Positions 18,339 to 27,899 of a stretch of DNA of 64,000 bases are shown in pieces (position 1 is the first letter of the stretch; every line of letters starts with the position of its first letter). The notes beneath the pieces were generated by a model that saw only the letters and a list, made by a program, of their open reading frames with translations, was not told where the DNA came from and did no database searches. Location: positions 1,563-65,562 of the forward strand of contig JBBQDL010000009.1 in the NCBI GenBank assembly GCA_038319665.1, written 5' to 3'. The DNA is from Candidatus Limnocylindrales bacterium. Lineage in GTDB: Bacteria; Chloroflexota; Limnocylindria; Limnocylindrales; CSP1-4. Position numbers and translations under genes: made by a program.

Positions 18339-20351
18339 TCAGGCCTCGGCTTGGGCGGGCTCCGCGGTCGAGGCGGCGGGCACGGTGACCCGTCTTGGGT
18401 GGCTCGCCCGCCAGGCCGCGAGACCCTGTATCTCGAGCGGCTCGATCGGATCGGCTGGCTGGAAGCCGAAGACCTGGCCGAGGAACGATAGCTGCGCCTC
18501 GAGGGTCCGGCGCAGGGCGTGCGCGCCGCGGAACCCATGGCCCTCGCCCTCGAACGCGAGGTACGCGTACGGGATCCCCTTGCGGGCCAGCGCGGCGACG
18601 ATCGATTCGGCGTGGGCCGGGGGCACGACACGGTCGTCGAGCCCCTGGAGGATGAGGACCGGACTCGAGAACGCTTCGGGGAAGTTGTTGGGTGAGCGTT
18701 CGCGATAGACGTCGACCGCCTCCGGGTAGGGCCCGACGAGTCGCCGCGAATAGCGCGATTCGAACTTGTGTGTCGCCACCTCGAGGAGCTCGAGATCGCC
18801 GATCCCGAACAGGCTGATCCCGGCGGCGAAGACGTCCCGGAAGGCGAGCGCCGCCAGGGTCGTGTAGCCGCCGGCACTCCCCCCGGCGATGGCCAGTCGA
18901 TCTGGATCGACGTCGCCGCGGTCGACGAGGAAGCGTGCGGCCGCGACGGAATCGTCGACGTCGACGATCCCCCAGGCGCCATCGAGCCGCCCCCGGTAGT
19001 CGCGGCCGTGGCCCGTGCTGCCGCCGTAATCGACGTCGACGACGGCGATCCCGCGGCTGGTCTGGAGCTGCTTGACCAGGTCGAGCGAGGTCAGCGCGTT
19101 GGAGGTAGGTCCGCCGTGGGTGAGCACGACGAGCGGCGGCTTCTCGCCGGGCGGACCCACGAAGTCGGGGTTGGTCGGCGGATAGTAGTGCGCGTGCGCG
19201 GTCCGTCCGCCGGTGGTCGGGAACTCGATCGACTCCGGCCGCGAGATGATCGCCGGGTCGAACGCGATCGTGCTCGCCCGACGCAGGACGCCGGCCGCGG
19301 CGAGGGTGACCGGGTCGAATCGGGCGACGATCCAGGGATCGCCGGGCGCGCCGGCGAGCGCGACGATGGTCCGCGGCGTCGCGCGCAGCGTCTCGAGCTC
19401 GGTGAACGGCAGCTCGACCTCGCCGATGAGCCGACCGGGCTCGATCCGGTACAGGTGATCGCGACCGCCGGCCCGGGCGATCGCCACGATCGCGCCGTCG
19501 GCGAGGAAGCCGTAGGAGGAGCGGTCGAAGGTCCAGGCGGGATCGGCGAACTCCGCCTCCATCGGCGCGAGCGGCTCGAGTCGCGGGCCCTCGACGACCC
19601 GGTAGAGGTTCCACCATCCGCTCCGATCGCTGATGAGATGGAGCGTGCCGTTGGGCGACCACTCGGGCTGGACGATCGATTCATCCGGGCCACCGGCGGC
19701 AAGCGAGGACTCCCCCAATGTCCCATCCGGCGCGACCGGGGCGACCCGCAGGCGCGTGGCGTCCCAGGGCATGTCGGGGTGGTCCCATTCGAGCCAGGCC
19801 AGCTGCGTCCCGTCGGGCGAGAGTCGGGGCGCGGCGACGAAGTCCGGGCCGGCCACGAGGACGGTCGGCTCGCCGCCATCGAGCGGGACCGCGACGATCG
19901 TGTTCCTCGCCTCCCCCTCGCCGCTGTGATCCTCGCGGACGGAGTAGAAGCGGCGGCGGGCGACGTCCGGCCGAAGGTCGGCGTAGCGCCATGGCCCGAC
20001 CGGGGTGATCGGCACGGCGGCCTTCGCGCCCGGATCGAGCCGGTAGAGACGCCCATCGGCGAAATCGGAGAAGACGACGACGCCTCCCGTCACCACGTAC
20101 GAGCCACCGCCGTATTCGTGGACACGGTTGCGGACGTTGAACGGCGGCAGGGTCAGGTCCGCGGTCGAGCCGTCCGCCGCCGCCTGGACGAGGACCCGAC
20201 GGCCGCCCTCGGCGGGTCGGCCCTCGATCCAGAAGACGTCGTCGCCGTCCACCCACGGCTCGGCGAGCGTGATGACGTCACCGACCACGTCGTCGATCCG
20301 GATCGGCGACGTCCAGGCCCCATACGGGGCGACGCTCACGGGCTGGAGCAT
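18339..20351 (-). CDS. S9 family serine peptidase (prolyl oligopeptidase/acylaminoacyl peptidase type)
   Basis: 670 aa. N-terminal beta-propeller-like region, C-terminal alpha/beta hydrolase with the nucleophile elbow GGSAGGY and ...LQGLDDRVVP... Confidence 0.85.
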   Translation of the reverse strand: MLQPVSVAPYGAWTSPIRIDDVVGDVITLAEPWVDGDDVFWIEGRPAEGGRRVLVQAAADGSTADLTLPPFNVRNRVHEYGGGSYVVTGGVVVFSDFADGRLYRLDPGAKAAVPITPVGPWRYADLRPDVARRRFYSVREDHSGEGEARNTIVAVPLDGGEPTVLVAGPDFVAAPRLSPDGTQLAWLEWDHPDMPWDATRLRVAPVAPDGTLGESSLAAGGPDESIVQPEWSPNGTLHLISDRSGWWNLYRVVEGPRLEPLAPMEAEFADPAWTFDRSSYGFLADGAIVAIARAGGRDHLYRIEPGRLIGEVELPFTELETLRATPRTIVALAGAPGDPWIVARFDPVTLAAAGVLRRASTIAFDPAIISRPESIEFPTTGGRTAHAHYYPPTNPDFVGPPGEKPPLVVLTHGGPTSNALTSLDLVKQLQTSRGIAVVDVDYGGSTGHGRDYRGRLDGAWGIVDVDDSVAAARFLVDRGDVDPDRLAIAGGSAGGYTTLAALAFRDVFAAGISLFGIGDLELLEVATHKFESRYSRRLVGPYPEAVDVYRERSPNNFPEAFSSPVLILQGLDDRVVPPAHAESIVAALARKGIPYAYLAFEGEGHGFRGAHALRRTLEAQLSFLGQVFGFQPADPIEPLEIQGLAAWRASHPRRVTVPAASTAEPAQAEA

Positions 20352-20357
20352 CGGCGC

Positions 20358-21635
20358 TCAGGTGCCGTGCTGCCAGGACGCGACGTACTCGGCCTGTTCG
20401 GGGGTCATCGGATCGAGCACGATGCCGAGGGCAGCGAGCTTCAGCCGCGCGACCTCGGCGTCGATCGCCTCGGGCACGATGTAGACCTTCGGCTCCAGCT
20501 CAGCGTGATGTTGCGCCACGTATTCGGCCGAGAGCGCCTGGTTGGCGAAGCTCATGTCCATCACCGCCGCCGGATGGCCTTCGGCGGCGCCGAGGTTGAC
20601 CAGCCGACCCTCGGCGATGAGGTTGAGCTTCTTGCCGCCGAGATCGAACTCCTGGACGTTGTCGCGGACCTCGCGGACGTGGCCCTCGGCGAGCGCCCGG
20701 AGCGCGGCCAGATCGAGCTCGGCATCGAAATGGCCCGAGTTGGCCATGATCGCGCCGTCGCCCATCGCCTCGAAGTGCTCGCGCCGGAAGACGTTGATGT
20801 TGCCGGTCGCGGTGATGAACAGCTCCCCCCAGGCGGCCGCCTCGGCCGCGGTCATCACCGCGAATCCGTCCATCAGCGCCTCGAGGGCGCGGACCGGATC
20901 GACCTCGATGACCGCCACGTGCGCGCCATGGCCGTCCATCCGCGAGGTGATGCCCTTGCCGACCCAGCCATAGCCCGCGACGACGACCTTGCGGCCGGCG
21001 ATGAGGATGTTGGTCGCCCGCAGGATCCCGTCGAGCGTGCTCTGGCCCGTCCCGTAGCGGTTGTCGAAGAGGTGCTTGGTCTGGGCCTCGTTGACCGCGA
21101 TGACGGGGAAGCCGAGCGCGCCGTCGGCGGCCATCGCCCGCAGGCGGATGACGCCGGTCGTCGTCTCCTCGGTCCCGGCCAGGACCTCGGCCACTTGCGC
21201 GGCCCGCGAGCTGTGGAGGAGCGAAACGAGGTCGCAACCGTCGTCCATCGTCAGCTGCGGATGCGAGTCCGCGACCGCGTCCAGGTGCGCGTAGTAGGTG
21301 TCCCGATCCTCGCCACGTCGCGCGTAGACGGCGATCCCGTATTCCGCGACGAGCGCGGCCGCGACATCGTCCTTGGTCGAGAGCGGGTTGCTCGCCGCCA
21401 GGACGACCTCGGCGCCGCCCGCCTTGAGCGTGCGCATCAGGTTGGCCGTCTCGGTCGTGACGTGCAGGCAGGCGCCGATGCGCAACCCGTCGAGCGGCCG
21501 GTCGCGCTCGAAGCGCTCGCGGATGAGGCGCAGGACTGGCATCTCGCGCTCCGCCCATTCGATGCGTCGAACGCCCTCGGCGGCCAGGCCGAGGTCGGTG
21601 ACGTCGTGGGCGGGCGATGTGGTGGCGGTGGTCAT
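20358..21635 (-). CDS. ahcY: adenosylhomocysteinase
   Basis: ATG 21635 has an AAGGAG SD. ...[28 protein letters not shown]... and the NAD-binding GYGWVGKG. Confidence 0.95.
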   Translation of the reverse strand: MTTATTSPAHDVTDLGLAAEGVRRIEWAEREMPVLRLIRERFERDRPLDGLRIGACLHVTTETANLMRTLKAGGAEVVLAASNPLSTKDDVAAALVAEYGIAVYARRGEDRDTYYAHLDAVADSHPQLTMDDGCDLVSLLHSSRAAQVAEVLAGTEETTTGVIRLRAMAADGALGFPVIAVNEAQTKHLFDNRYGTGQSTLDGILRATNILIAGRKVVVAGYGWVGKGITSRMDGHGAHVAVIEVDPVRALEALMDGFAVMTAAEAAAWGELFITATGNINVFRREHFEAMGDGAIMANSGHFDAELDLAALRALAEGHVREVRDNVQEFDLGGKKLNLIAEGRLVNLGAAEGHPAAVMDMSFANQALSAEYVAQHHAELEPKVYIVPEAIDAEVARLKLAALGIVLDPMTPEQAEYVASWQHGT

Positions 21636-22498
21636 CGAGGATCGATCTCCTTGCGGTTGAAGAAACGCCGGACCGATGCGGCGAGGTCCGGCCACGGCGA
21701 GCCGAGCCGGTGGACCAGCCGCTCCTCGAAGCGCATGTGCTCGAGATAGCCGAGGCGGCGGTAGGCGTTGAGCGCTGGCGGGTTGTCGGCGCGGACGTTG
21801 AGGACGACCTGGTCGCAGGTCCGCAACAGGTCGGCGGTGACGGCCCCGGTCACCGCGGTCGCGAAGCCACGACCACGGTAGTCGATGTGGGTCAGGACGT
21901 TGCCGACGACCGCCAGCCGGGCACCCGGGCTGACGACGTGGGTCCCCGCCGCGGACACGAGCTGGCCGTTGACGTGCAGGCCGTAATAGACCCCGTCGGC
22001 GACCGCGCCCGAGGGCAGCCACGACGCGAACCCGAGCTGGTAGAGACGGTTCAGCTCACCGATCTCGGCCGGCAGGAGCCGCTGGACGGTCGCCGGGTAC
22101 GGACGGAAATGCGCTCGATCGACCCACATCCGAACCATCGATGGACCGGGGTCGACCCGGTAGGCCGTCTCGACCGCGGAGATCAGCGAGGGTCGCGCCG
22201 CGACGTACGCGACGCGCGGTCGGATGAGGTCGCGCAGGACGACCGCGACCCCGTCCTCGTCGCCCATCGCGAAGAGCGGCTGGGGCGTCGGGCCGCTGTA
22301 CTCGAGCACGACCGCGATGGGGGCCTCACCGTCATAGGCCACGCCCCAGCGGGTTCGGGCGAACTCCCGTTCCTCGAGGTCGCAGATGGCATACGCGGCG
22401 TAGAGCCGATCGCGCTCGAGGAACGCGCCGAGCAGCGCTTTGTCGGTCGTCCCGCGGGCGACGATGGAGCCGCGCCGACCTACCGCGACAGTGGCCAT
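21632..22498 (-). CDS. GNAT family N-acetyltransferase (two-domain)
   Basis: C-terminal ...[24 protein letters not shown]...[13 protein letters not shown] is the acetyl-CoA binding motif A. ATGA/TGATG overlaps on both sides. Confidence 0.75.
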   Translation of the reverse strand: MATVAVGRRGSIVARGTTDKALLGAFLERDRLYAAYAICDLEEREFARTRWGVAYDGEAPIAVVLEYSGPTPQPLFAMGDEDGVAVVLRDLIRPRVAYVAARPSLISAVETAYRVDPGPSMVRMWVDRAHFRPYPATVQRLLPAEIGELNRLYQLGFASWLPSGAVADGVYYGLHVNGQLVSAAGTHVVSPGARLAVVGNVLTHIDYRGRGFATAVTGAVTADLLRTCDQVVLNVRADNPPALNAYRRLGYLEHMRFEERLVHRLGSPWPDLAASVRRFFNRKEIDPR

Positions 22499-24000
22499 CA
22501 GTCGGCCACGACGCTCGGCTCGGCGGCGGGCATGGCGGGCGTCGCGACATCCGGGGCGGCCTCCGTAGCGGGCGGCGCCGCTTCGGCGCCCGGCGCCGGA
22601 CGGATCGCCCGGAAGCCCGGCATCGCGGCCCAGCGCGCCCTGGCGCGATCGGTGGCGTCGCACAGCCCGGTCTCGAAGGGCGCGTGCACGACCCCCTCCT
22701 CGGTGACGATCCCGGTGATGAGCTCGATCGGGGTGACATCGAAGGCCGGATTGCGGACGTCCGTGCCGGGTGGGGCGATGCGGACGCCACGGAACTCGAG
22801 GACCTCGTCGGCCTTGCGTTCCTCGATCTCGATGGCGGATCCGTCCGCGGTCGCGAGATCGACCGAGCTGGTCGGTGCGCAGACGTAGAACGGGATGCCG
22901 TGCCGGGCGGCAAGGACGGCCAGCGTGTACGTGCCGACCTTGTTCGCCGTGTCGCCGTTGGCGGCGACCCGGTCCGCGCCAACGAGGACGACGTCGACCT
23001 CACCGCGCGCCATCAGGTGCCCGGCGGCCACGTCGGGGAGCAGGGCGTGCGGGACCCCGGCCTGGGCAAGCTCCCAGGTCGTGAGCCGTGCACCCTGGAG
23101 GTACGGCCGTGTCTCGTCGACCCACACGAAGACGTCCCGCTCAGCGTGGTGCGCCGCCTGGACGACCCCGAGCGCGGTCCCGTACTGGCCGCAGGCGAGC
23201 GGGCCCGTATTGCAGTGGGTAAGGATCCGCACGGGCCGGCCTTCCGGCGTCGGCAGCAGATCGAGGCCGAACCCCGCCAGGCGACCATGATCGGTCGTCG
23301 CCTCGAAGACGATGGCGTCGGCCTCCGCGCGCATCGAATCGGCGATCGCGTCGCCGTCCTCGCTCAGCTCGCCCAGTTCCGTGTAGCGGGCCAGGACGCG
23401 TTCGACCGCCCAGCGCAGGTTGACCGCCGTGGGACGGGCGTTGATCAGGGCGTTGGCCGAGCCGAGGATCGTCGCCTTGCGAGCGTATGGCCGGCCATCG
23501 CGCTGGTTCTCGGCACTCATCGCCAGTCCGATGGCCGCGACCTGTCCGATCGCTGGTGCCCCGCGCACGATCATCTCGCGGATGGCGAAGGCCACCTCAC
23601 CGGCCGACCGGCAGCGGTACTCGACGAGCGCGTCGGGGAGGCGCCGCTGGTCGATAAGGTAGAGGACACCGTCGTCCTCGCGGAACGGCGTGCGGAAACC
23701 GGTCGGCCCGCTGCCCGCGCCGGGCGTCCCGCTCGGGTCGTCGCCCGCCGGCCCGAGCAGCCTGGCGGCACCGACCGGGTCGAGGATCGCGCTGGCCGCC
23801 TGGGCGGAGGCCTGCTGGAGCGCCTGCGCGGCACCGGCCATCGACACCGCGGTCTGGATGACCTCGCCCGCGAACGAACGGAAGAACCGCCGTCGCCCGA
23901 GGTCGACCGCGGGAGCCGAGCCGGTCTTCGGCTGCGGCGTCGCCGCATCCGGTTCCGCCGGCTGGGGGGCGGTCGTCGGGTCGCTGGAAGGGTCGGCCAA
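22498..24000 (-). CDS. mtnA: S-methyl-5-thioribose-1-phosphate isomerase (eIF-2B alpha/beta/delta family) with about 108-aa N-terminal and about 45-aa C-terminal extensions
   Basis: Core LYLIDQRRLPDALVEYRC...MIVRGAPAIG...ARPTAVNL...CNTG...VGADRVAANGDTANKVGT. TTG start at 24000 has GGAG upstream. The extension contains GRRRFFRSFAG. Confidence 0.8.
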   Translation of the reverse strand: MADPSSDPTTAPQPAEPDAATPQPKTGSAPAVDLGRRRFFRSFAGEVIQTAVSMAGAAQALQQASAQAASAILDPVGAARLLGPAGDDPSGTPGAGSGPTGFRTPFREDDGVLYLIDQRRLPDALVEYRCRSAGEVAFAIREMIVRGAPAIGQVAAIGLAMSAENQRDGRPYARKATILGSANALINARPTAVNLRWAVERVLARYTELGELSEDGDAIADSMRAEADAIVFEATTDHGRLAGFGLDLLPTPEGRPVRILTHCNTGPLACGQYGTALGVVQAAHHAERDVFVWVDETRPYLQGARLTTWELAQAGVPHALLPDVAAGHLMARGEVDVVLVGADRVAANGDTANKVGTYTLAVLAARHGIPFYVCAPTSSVDLATADGSAIEIEERKADEVLEFRGVRIAPPGTDVRNPAFDVTPIELITGIVTEEGVVHAPFETGLCDATDRARARWAAMPGFRAIRPAPGAEAAPPATEAAPDVATPAMPAAEPSVVAD

Positions 24001-24029
24001 TCTGTCTCCGGGCTTGATGCGCGTCTCGT

Positions 24030-24551
24030 TCAGTACTTGACCACGCTCGTGACACGCCGGCCCTCGAGCCGGTCCCGACCCTTGAGGAACTCGAGCTCGA
24101 CGAGGAAGCCCAGACCTACGACCTCGCCCTTGAGCCGCTCGACGAGTTCGATCGTGCCATGGACCGTGCCGCCCGTCGCGAGGAGGTCGTCGACGATGAG
24201 CACCTTCTGCCTTGGCGCGATGGCGTCGCGGTGGATCTCGAGCGTGTTCGAGCCGTACTCGAGCGCGTATTCGACGGTGATCGTCTCGGCCGGGAGCTTG
24301 CCCAGCTTGCGGACGGGGACCAGCCCCGCATCGAGCTGGTATGCCATCGGGGCGCTGAAGATGAATCCGCGCGACTCCATCCCGACGACGATGTCGATGC
24401 GTTCGCCGGTGTACGGCGCGAGCATCAGGTCGATGGCTTCCTTGTACGCCGCGGCGTCCTTGAGCAGGGTCGTGATGTCGTAGAAGAGGATGCCCGGCTT
24501 CGGGAAGTCGGGGACCTCGCGGATCTTCGCGCGCAGCTCCTCGGCAGACAC
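24030..24551 (-). CDS. apt: adenine phosphoribosyltransferase
   Basis: 173 aa. IREVPDFPKPGILFYDIT and the PRPP loop VLIVDDLLATGGT. Confidence 0.9.
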   Translation of the reverse strand: MSAEELRAKIREVPDFPKPGILFYDITTLLKDAAAYKEAIDLMLAPYTGERIDIVVGMESRGFIFSAPMAYQLDAGLVPVRKLGKLPAETITVEYALEYGSNTLEIHRDAIAPRQKVLIVDDLLATGGTVHGTIELVERLKGEVVGLGFLVELEFLKGRDRLEGRRVTSVVKY

Positions 24552-24636
24552 GATATCGGGGCCTCCATCAGCGGGCCCGCAGCGGCGGTGAGCAGCCGCG
24601 TGAGCGCCCGAAGTCTACCGCAGGCGTCCCGCGCGT

Positions 24637-26148
24637 CTACGTCGGTGGCGACGCCGGAGACAGGGCGAGGACTGACGCCGGGACCTCCCGAGGGCGGAGC
24701 CGCCCGGTCAGCAGCAGGCCACCGAGCCCGATGGCGACCGCGACCGTGAAGGCGACGGCGAGGCCCATCGCCGGCTGGCCGGTCGATCGCACGCTGGCCG
24801 CGACGATCGCCCCGGAGATCCCCGTCCCGAGCGCGGTGCCCAACGAGTCGGTCAACGAGAGGGCACTGGTCGCCGTGCCCTGCATCGCGGGGCGGGCCTC
24901 GCGCAGGACGATGAGCGCCAGCGGCGAATAGGCCAGGCCCATCCCGAGCCCGGCCACGCCGAAGGCCGGGATGGCGACGAACCACGGGACGTCCGTGCGC
25001 AGGACGAGGAGCATCGACGCGAGGCCGGCGACGACGACGGCGAATCCGACCCGGACGAAGCGGTCGGTCGGCCAGCGCGAGGCACCTCGGGCCTGGATCC
25101 ACGCGCCACCGGTCCAGGTCACGGTCGCGGCCGTCAGGGCGAGTCCCGCCTCCGCGGCCGACAGGCCCCGCCAGCCGACCAGGGTCAGCGCGACGAACGC
25201 ATCGACGCCGAAGAAGGCGCAGGTCAGGATCCCGCGGAGCAGGATCGCGGCGGGCAGGACGGGTCGCGCCGCGAGCGTCCCGGCCGGGGTGAGTCGCCGC
25301 AGCGCGGTGATCCCGACGACCAGCCCAGCCGCACTGAGCACGAGCGTCGGGACGGGCTCGCCGGTCGTCAGGCCGAGGGTCAGGAGCCCGGCCCCGAGCG
25401 CGACCAGGATGGCCAGCGGCAGCCGGCCCCTGCGAGCGGCGGCCGCGGCGGCCGCGGTCGCCGCATCCGGGTGGACCTCTCCGGGGCGGACGGCGCGCAG
25501 CGCACCGAGCGTGAGCGCGCCGGCCAATGCGATGAGCGGGAGGAGGCCGAGGAAGACGAACCGCCAGCTGGTCGCCTCGCCGACCGTCCCGGCGATCGCC
25601 GGTCCGATGACACCGGGCAGGACCCACGCGGTCGAGAGCGTCGCGAACATCCGCGGCCGCAGCGCTTCGGGGAGAGTCCGGGCGATGGCCACATAGGCGA
25701 TCGGCTGGATCGTCCCCGCACCGAGCCCCTGGACGAACCGGGCGCCGACGAGGACCACCATCGAGGGTGCCAACCCGCCGGCCAGAAGACCGACCGCGAA
25801 GAGCGCCAGACCGACCGTGAACGGGAGCGCGAGCCCGCCACGGTCGATGGCGCCGCCCACGACCACGATGCCGATGAGCGAACCGAGGAAGAACGCTGAG
25901 AAGACCCAGCCGTACAACTCGAGGCCGCCGAGCTCGCGCACGACGATCGGCATCACGGTCGAGACCGCGAGTGCCTCGAAGCCGACGAGCGTGATGGTGA
26001 GGACCAGGCCGATGGTCAGGGCGCGCCGATCCGGGCGCCAGAGGCTGTCAGTCGGGTCGCGACGAGGAACGCTCACGGAACAAGGATGGCGCGACGGGAC
26101 CAAGCCTGTCATGGCCTCCGTCGCGGTTGGCGAGCCGATGTTCGTCAC
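24637..26148 (-). CDS. MFS transporter (14-TMS DHA2-like)
   Basis: About 500 aa, polytopic, with MFS-like loops. Start uncertain; an internal ATG at 26112 is also possible. Confidence 0.8.
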   Translation of the reverse strand: MTNIGSPTATEAMTGLVPSRHPCSVSVPRRDPTDSLWRPDRRALTIGLVLTITLVGFEALAVSTVMPIVVRELGGLELYGWVFSAFFLGSLIGIVVVGGAIDRGGLALPFTVGLALFAVGLLAGGLAPSMVVLVGARFVQGLGAGTIQPIAYVAIARTLPEALRPRMFATLSTAWVLPGVIGPAIAGTVGEATSWRFVFLGLLPLIALAGALTLGALRAVRPGEVHPDAATAAAAAAARRGRLPLAILVALGAGLLTLGLTTGEPVPTLVLSAAGLVVGITALRRLTPAGTLAARPVLPAAILLRGILTCAFFGVDAFVALTLVGWRGLSAAEAGLALTAATVTWTGGAWIQARGASRWPTDRFVRVGFAVVVAGLASMLLVLRTDVPWFVAIPAFGVAGLGMGLAYSPLALIVLREARPAMQGTATSALSLTDSLGTALGTGISGAIVAASVRSTGQPAMGLAVAFTVAVAIGLGGLLLTGRLRPREVPASVLALSPASPPT

Positions 26149-26216
26149 AGTCGAGACGCGGCCGCGGCTCGCGCCGTCCGCCGAGCGCTTTTGCGGTGGA
26201 CTGCTAACGTGGGGAC

Positions 26217-26531
26217 GTGACGACTCGCCATGTCCGCTTTGCGCTGCGCGACGTTACGTTCGGCGGGGTGAATCTGCCGGGCGCGACCGTGGACTGCTGG
26301 GATGACGACCATGGCAACTCGCAGTGGAGCGCCCGGATCGTGACCCGGATCGGACCCGCGATCGACGAGGGCGAACTGACGGGCCGCACCGCGGACGGCC
26401 GTTCGCTCTCCGGGCACGCGATCGTGGCCGACCGCCAGGTCGGCGCGGGCGGCCGGCGCGAGACGCTCGTCGAGCTGCACGGCTCGGGCGATCTGCACGG
26501 CCTCGTCGTGGAACCCCCCGCCGCCGACTAG
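26217..26531 (+). CDS. hypothetical small protein
   Basis: 104-aa ORF, GTG start, strong third-position G/C bias in this frame. No family recognised. Confidence 0.45.
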   Translation: MTTRHVRFALRDVTFGGVNLPGATVDCWDDDHGNSQWSARIVTRIGPAIDEGELTGRTADGRSLSGHAIVADRQVGAGGRRETLVELHGSGDLHGLVVEPPAAD

Positions 26532-26999
26532 ACGGGATCGTGCCCGGAGCGTTCGAGCTCGGTGATGAACAGCCCCGGGATCGGCTCGCGATGGCGGACC
26601 GGGCGGAACCCTCGCGCGCGATAGAGCGCCAGCGCCTGCTCGTTGTCGCGGCCGGTCGAGACGATCATCGGTCGACCCGGCAAGCGAGCCTCGAGGGCAT
26701 CGAGCAGCGACCGCGCGATGCCTCGCCGGAACGCCCGCGGCGCGACGACCAGGCGGCAGATGTCGACCGTCCCGTCGTAGAGGACCTGCCAGGCGATCGC
26801 GCCGGCCAGCCCCTCCCCGTCGACCACGCCAAGCCAGGCCTCTGCCTGTGCGCGGGAGCGCCTCGAGCGTCTCGGTGAGGGCCGGGATCCCGTCGGCGCC
26901 GATGATCGCCGCCTCGACGGCGTACGCCTCGCGCTGGAGATCAAGCACGGACCGGGCGATCGCCTCGTCCGCGAGGTCGAGTGAGACCGGCGGGTTCAC
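26528..26999 (-). pseudogene. GNAT N-acetyltransferase with an apparent 1-nt frameshift near 26850-26860
   Basis: The N-terminal part (VNPPVSLDLADEAIARSVLDLQREAYAVEAAIIGADGIPALTETLEAL) is in one frame. The acetyl-CoA-binding C-terminal part (AEAWLGVVDGEGLAGAIAW...LVVAPRAFRRGIARSLLDALE...ALALYRARGF) is in another. The total span of 472 nt is not a multiple of 3. The switch lies at a CCC run. GTGA overlap with the upstream methyltransferase. Confidence 0.6.
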
Positions 27000-27775
27000 G
27001 CGCGCCGCAGGCGCCAGATGGACTCCGATGGCCAGCGCCGCGCCCACGCCAGCTCCGCCCCGTCACGGTACGTGCTCGTCGCGTCCGCGCCCGGGCGCGG
27101 TTCGAGCAGGTCCTCGACGATGAATCCGTTGGCGCGGAAGAGCCGGATCCACTCGCCGTACGGGAGCTGGAAGGAGACCTCCTCGCCGTCGTCGATGAGG
27201 TGCATGCCGAAGTAGTCGAGCGCCAGGCGATCGCCGACGTGGTCGGCATCGAGCGGCCAGCAGATGGTCTGGATCGGCGAGTGGTGATTGAACGCGAAGA
27301 GGCCACCCGGCCGCAGGAGGCGAGCGGCCTCGGGGACCGTGAGGTACGGGTCCGCGAACGTCATCGCGCCGTGGTCGCAGAAGACGATGTCGAAGCCGGC
27401 GGCGGGGAGAGGGACCGCCTCGGCGCTGCCGTGGATGAGCGGGAAGTCCACGCCGGCCTCGGCCATCAGGCGCCGAGCGTGATCCAGCTGGCGCTCGGAG
27501 AGGTCGAGACCGACCGGACGGGCACCGTGCTGCGCCAGCGCGATCGACCACTGGGCGGCGCCGCAGCCGAACTCGAGGATGTCCTTGCCCGCGACGTCGC
27601 CCAGCACCCGCAGCTCCGACTCCGGGATCTGCGACGTTCCCCAGGCCAGACCGCCGCTCTCGGCGAGCTGGCCGCCGTGGTTGGCCTGGTACTCGTCGCT
27701 GTAGGCGTCCCAGGATTCGCGGCTGCGCGCCGCGTGGTCGGTTAGGTCGGGCAAACCCGAGGGATCGGTGGTCAT
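26996..27775 (-). CDS. class I SAM-dependent methyltransferase
   Basis: Motif I is ILEFGCGAAQWS. ...FDIVFCDHGAM...LLRPGGLFAF. Start trimmed to ATG 27775. Confidence 0.85.
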   Translation of the reverse strand: MTTDPSGLPDLTDHAARSRESWDAYSDEYQANHGGQLAESGGLAWGTSQIPESELRVLGDVAGKDILEFGCGAAQWSIALAQHGARPVGLDLSERQLDHARRLMAEAGVDFPLIHGSAEAVPLPAAGFDIVFCDHGAMTFADPYLTVPEAARLLRPGGLFAFNHHSPIQTICWPLDADHVGDRLALDYFGMHLIDDGEEVSFQLPYGEWIRLFRANGFIVEDLLEPRPGADATSTYRDGAELAWARRWPSESIWRLRRA

Positions 27776-27899
27776 CCACGCAATGTAGCGGCGTGCGGCG
27801 TGTGGCGCGGGTCGGTAAGGCGCTATGTCGCCGGTCATACTCGGCCGACGCTCAGGCAGCCGAATTCGGCGGCCCGGGGCGCGTGAGGAGGCCCAGCCA

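Noticed and set aside
18768-21749. 993-aa plus-strand ORF, and similar giants at 29178..32126 (982 aa), 32173..34296, 2361..4043, 45722..47569, 57763..58959 and 1324..2568.
   Set aside because: All lie antisense to or out of frame with genes that have unmistakable family signatures (S9 peptidase/ahcY, mfd, pth/ybeY, cob genes, ABC ATPase, lepA). Their translations are Arg/Gly/Pro/Asp-rich low-complexity strings typical of stop-poor alternative frames in high-GC DNA.
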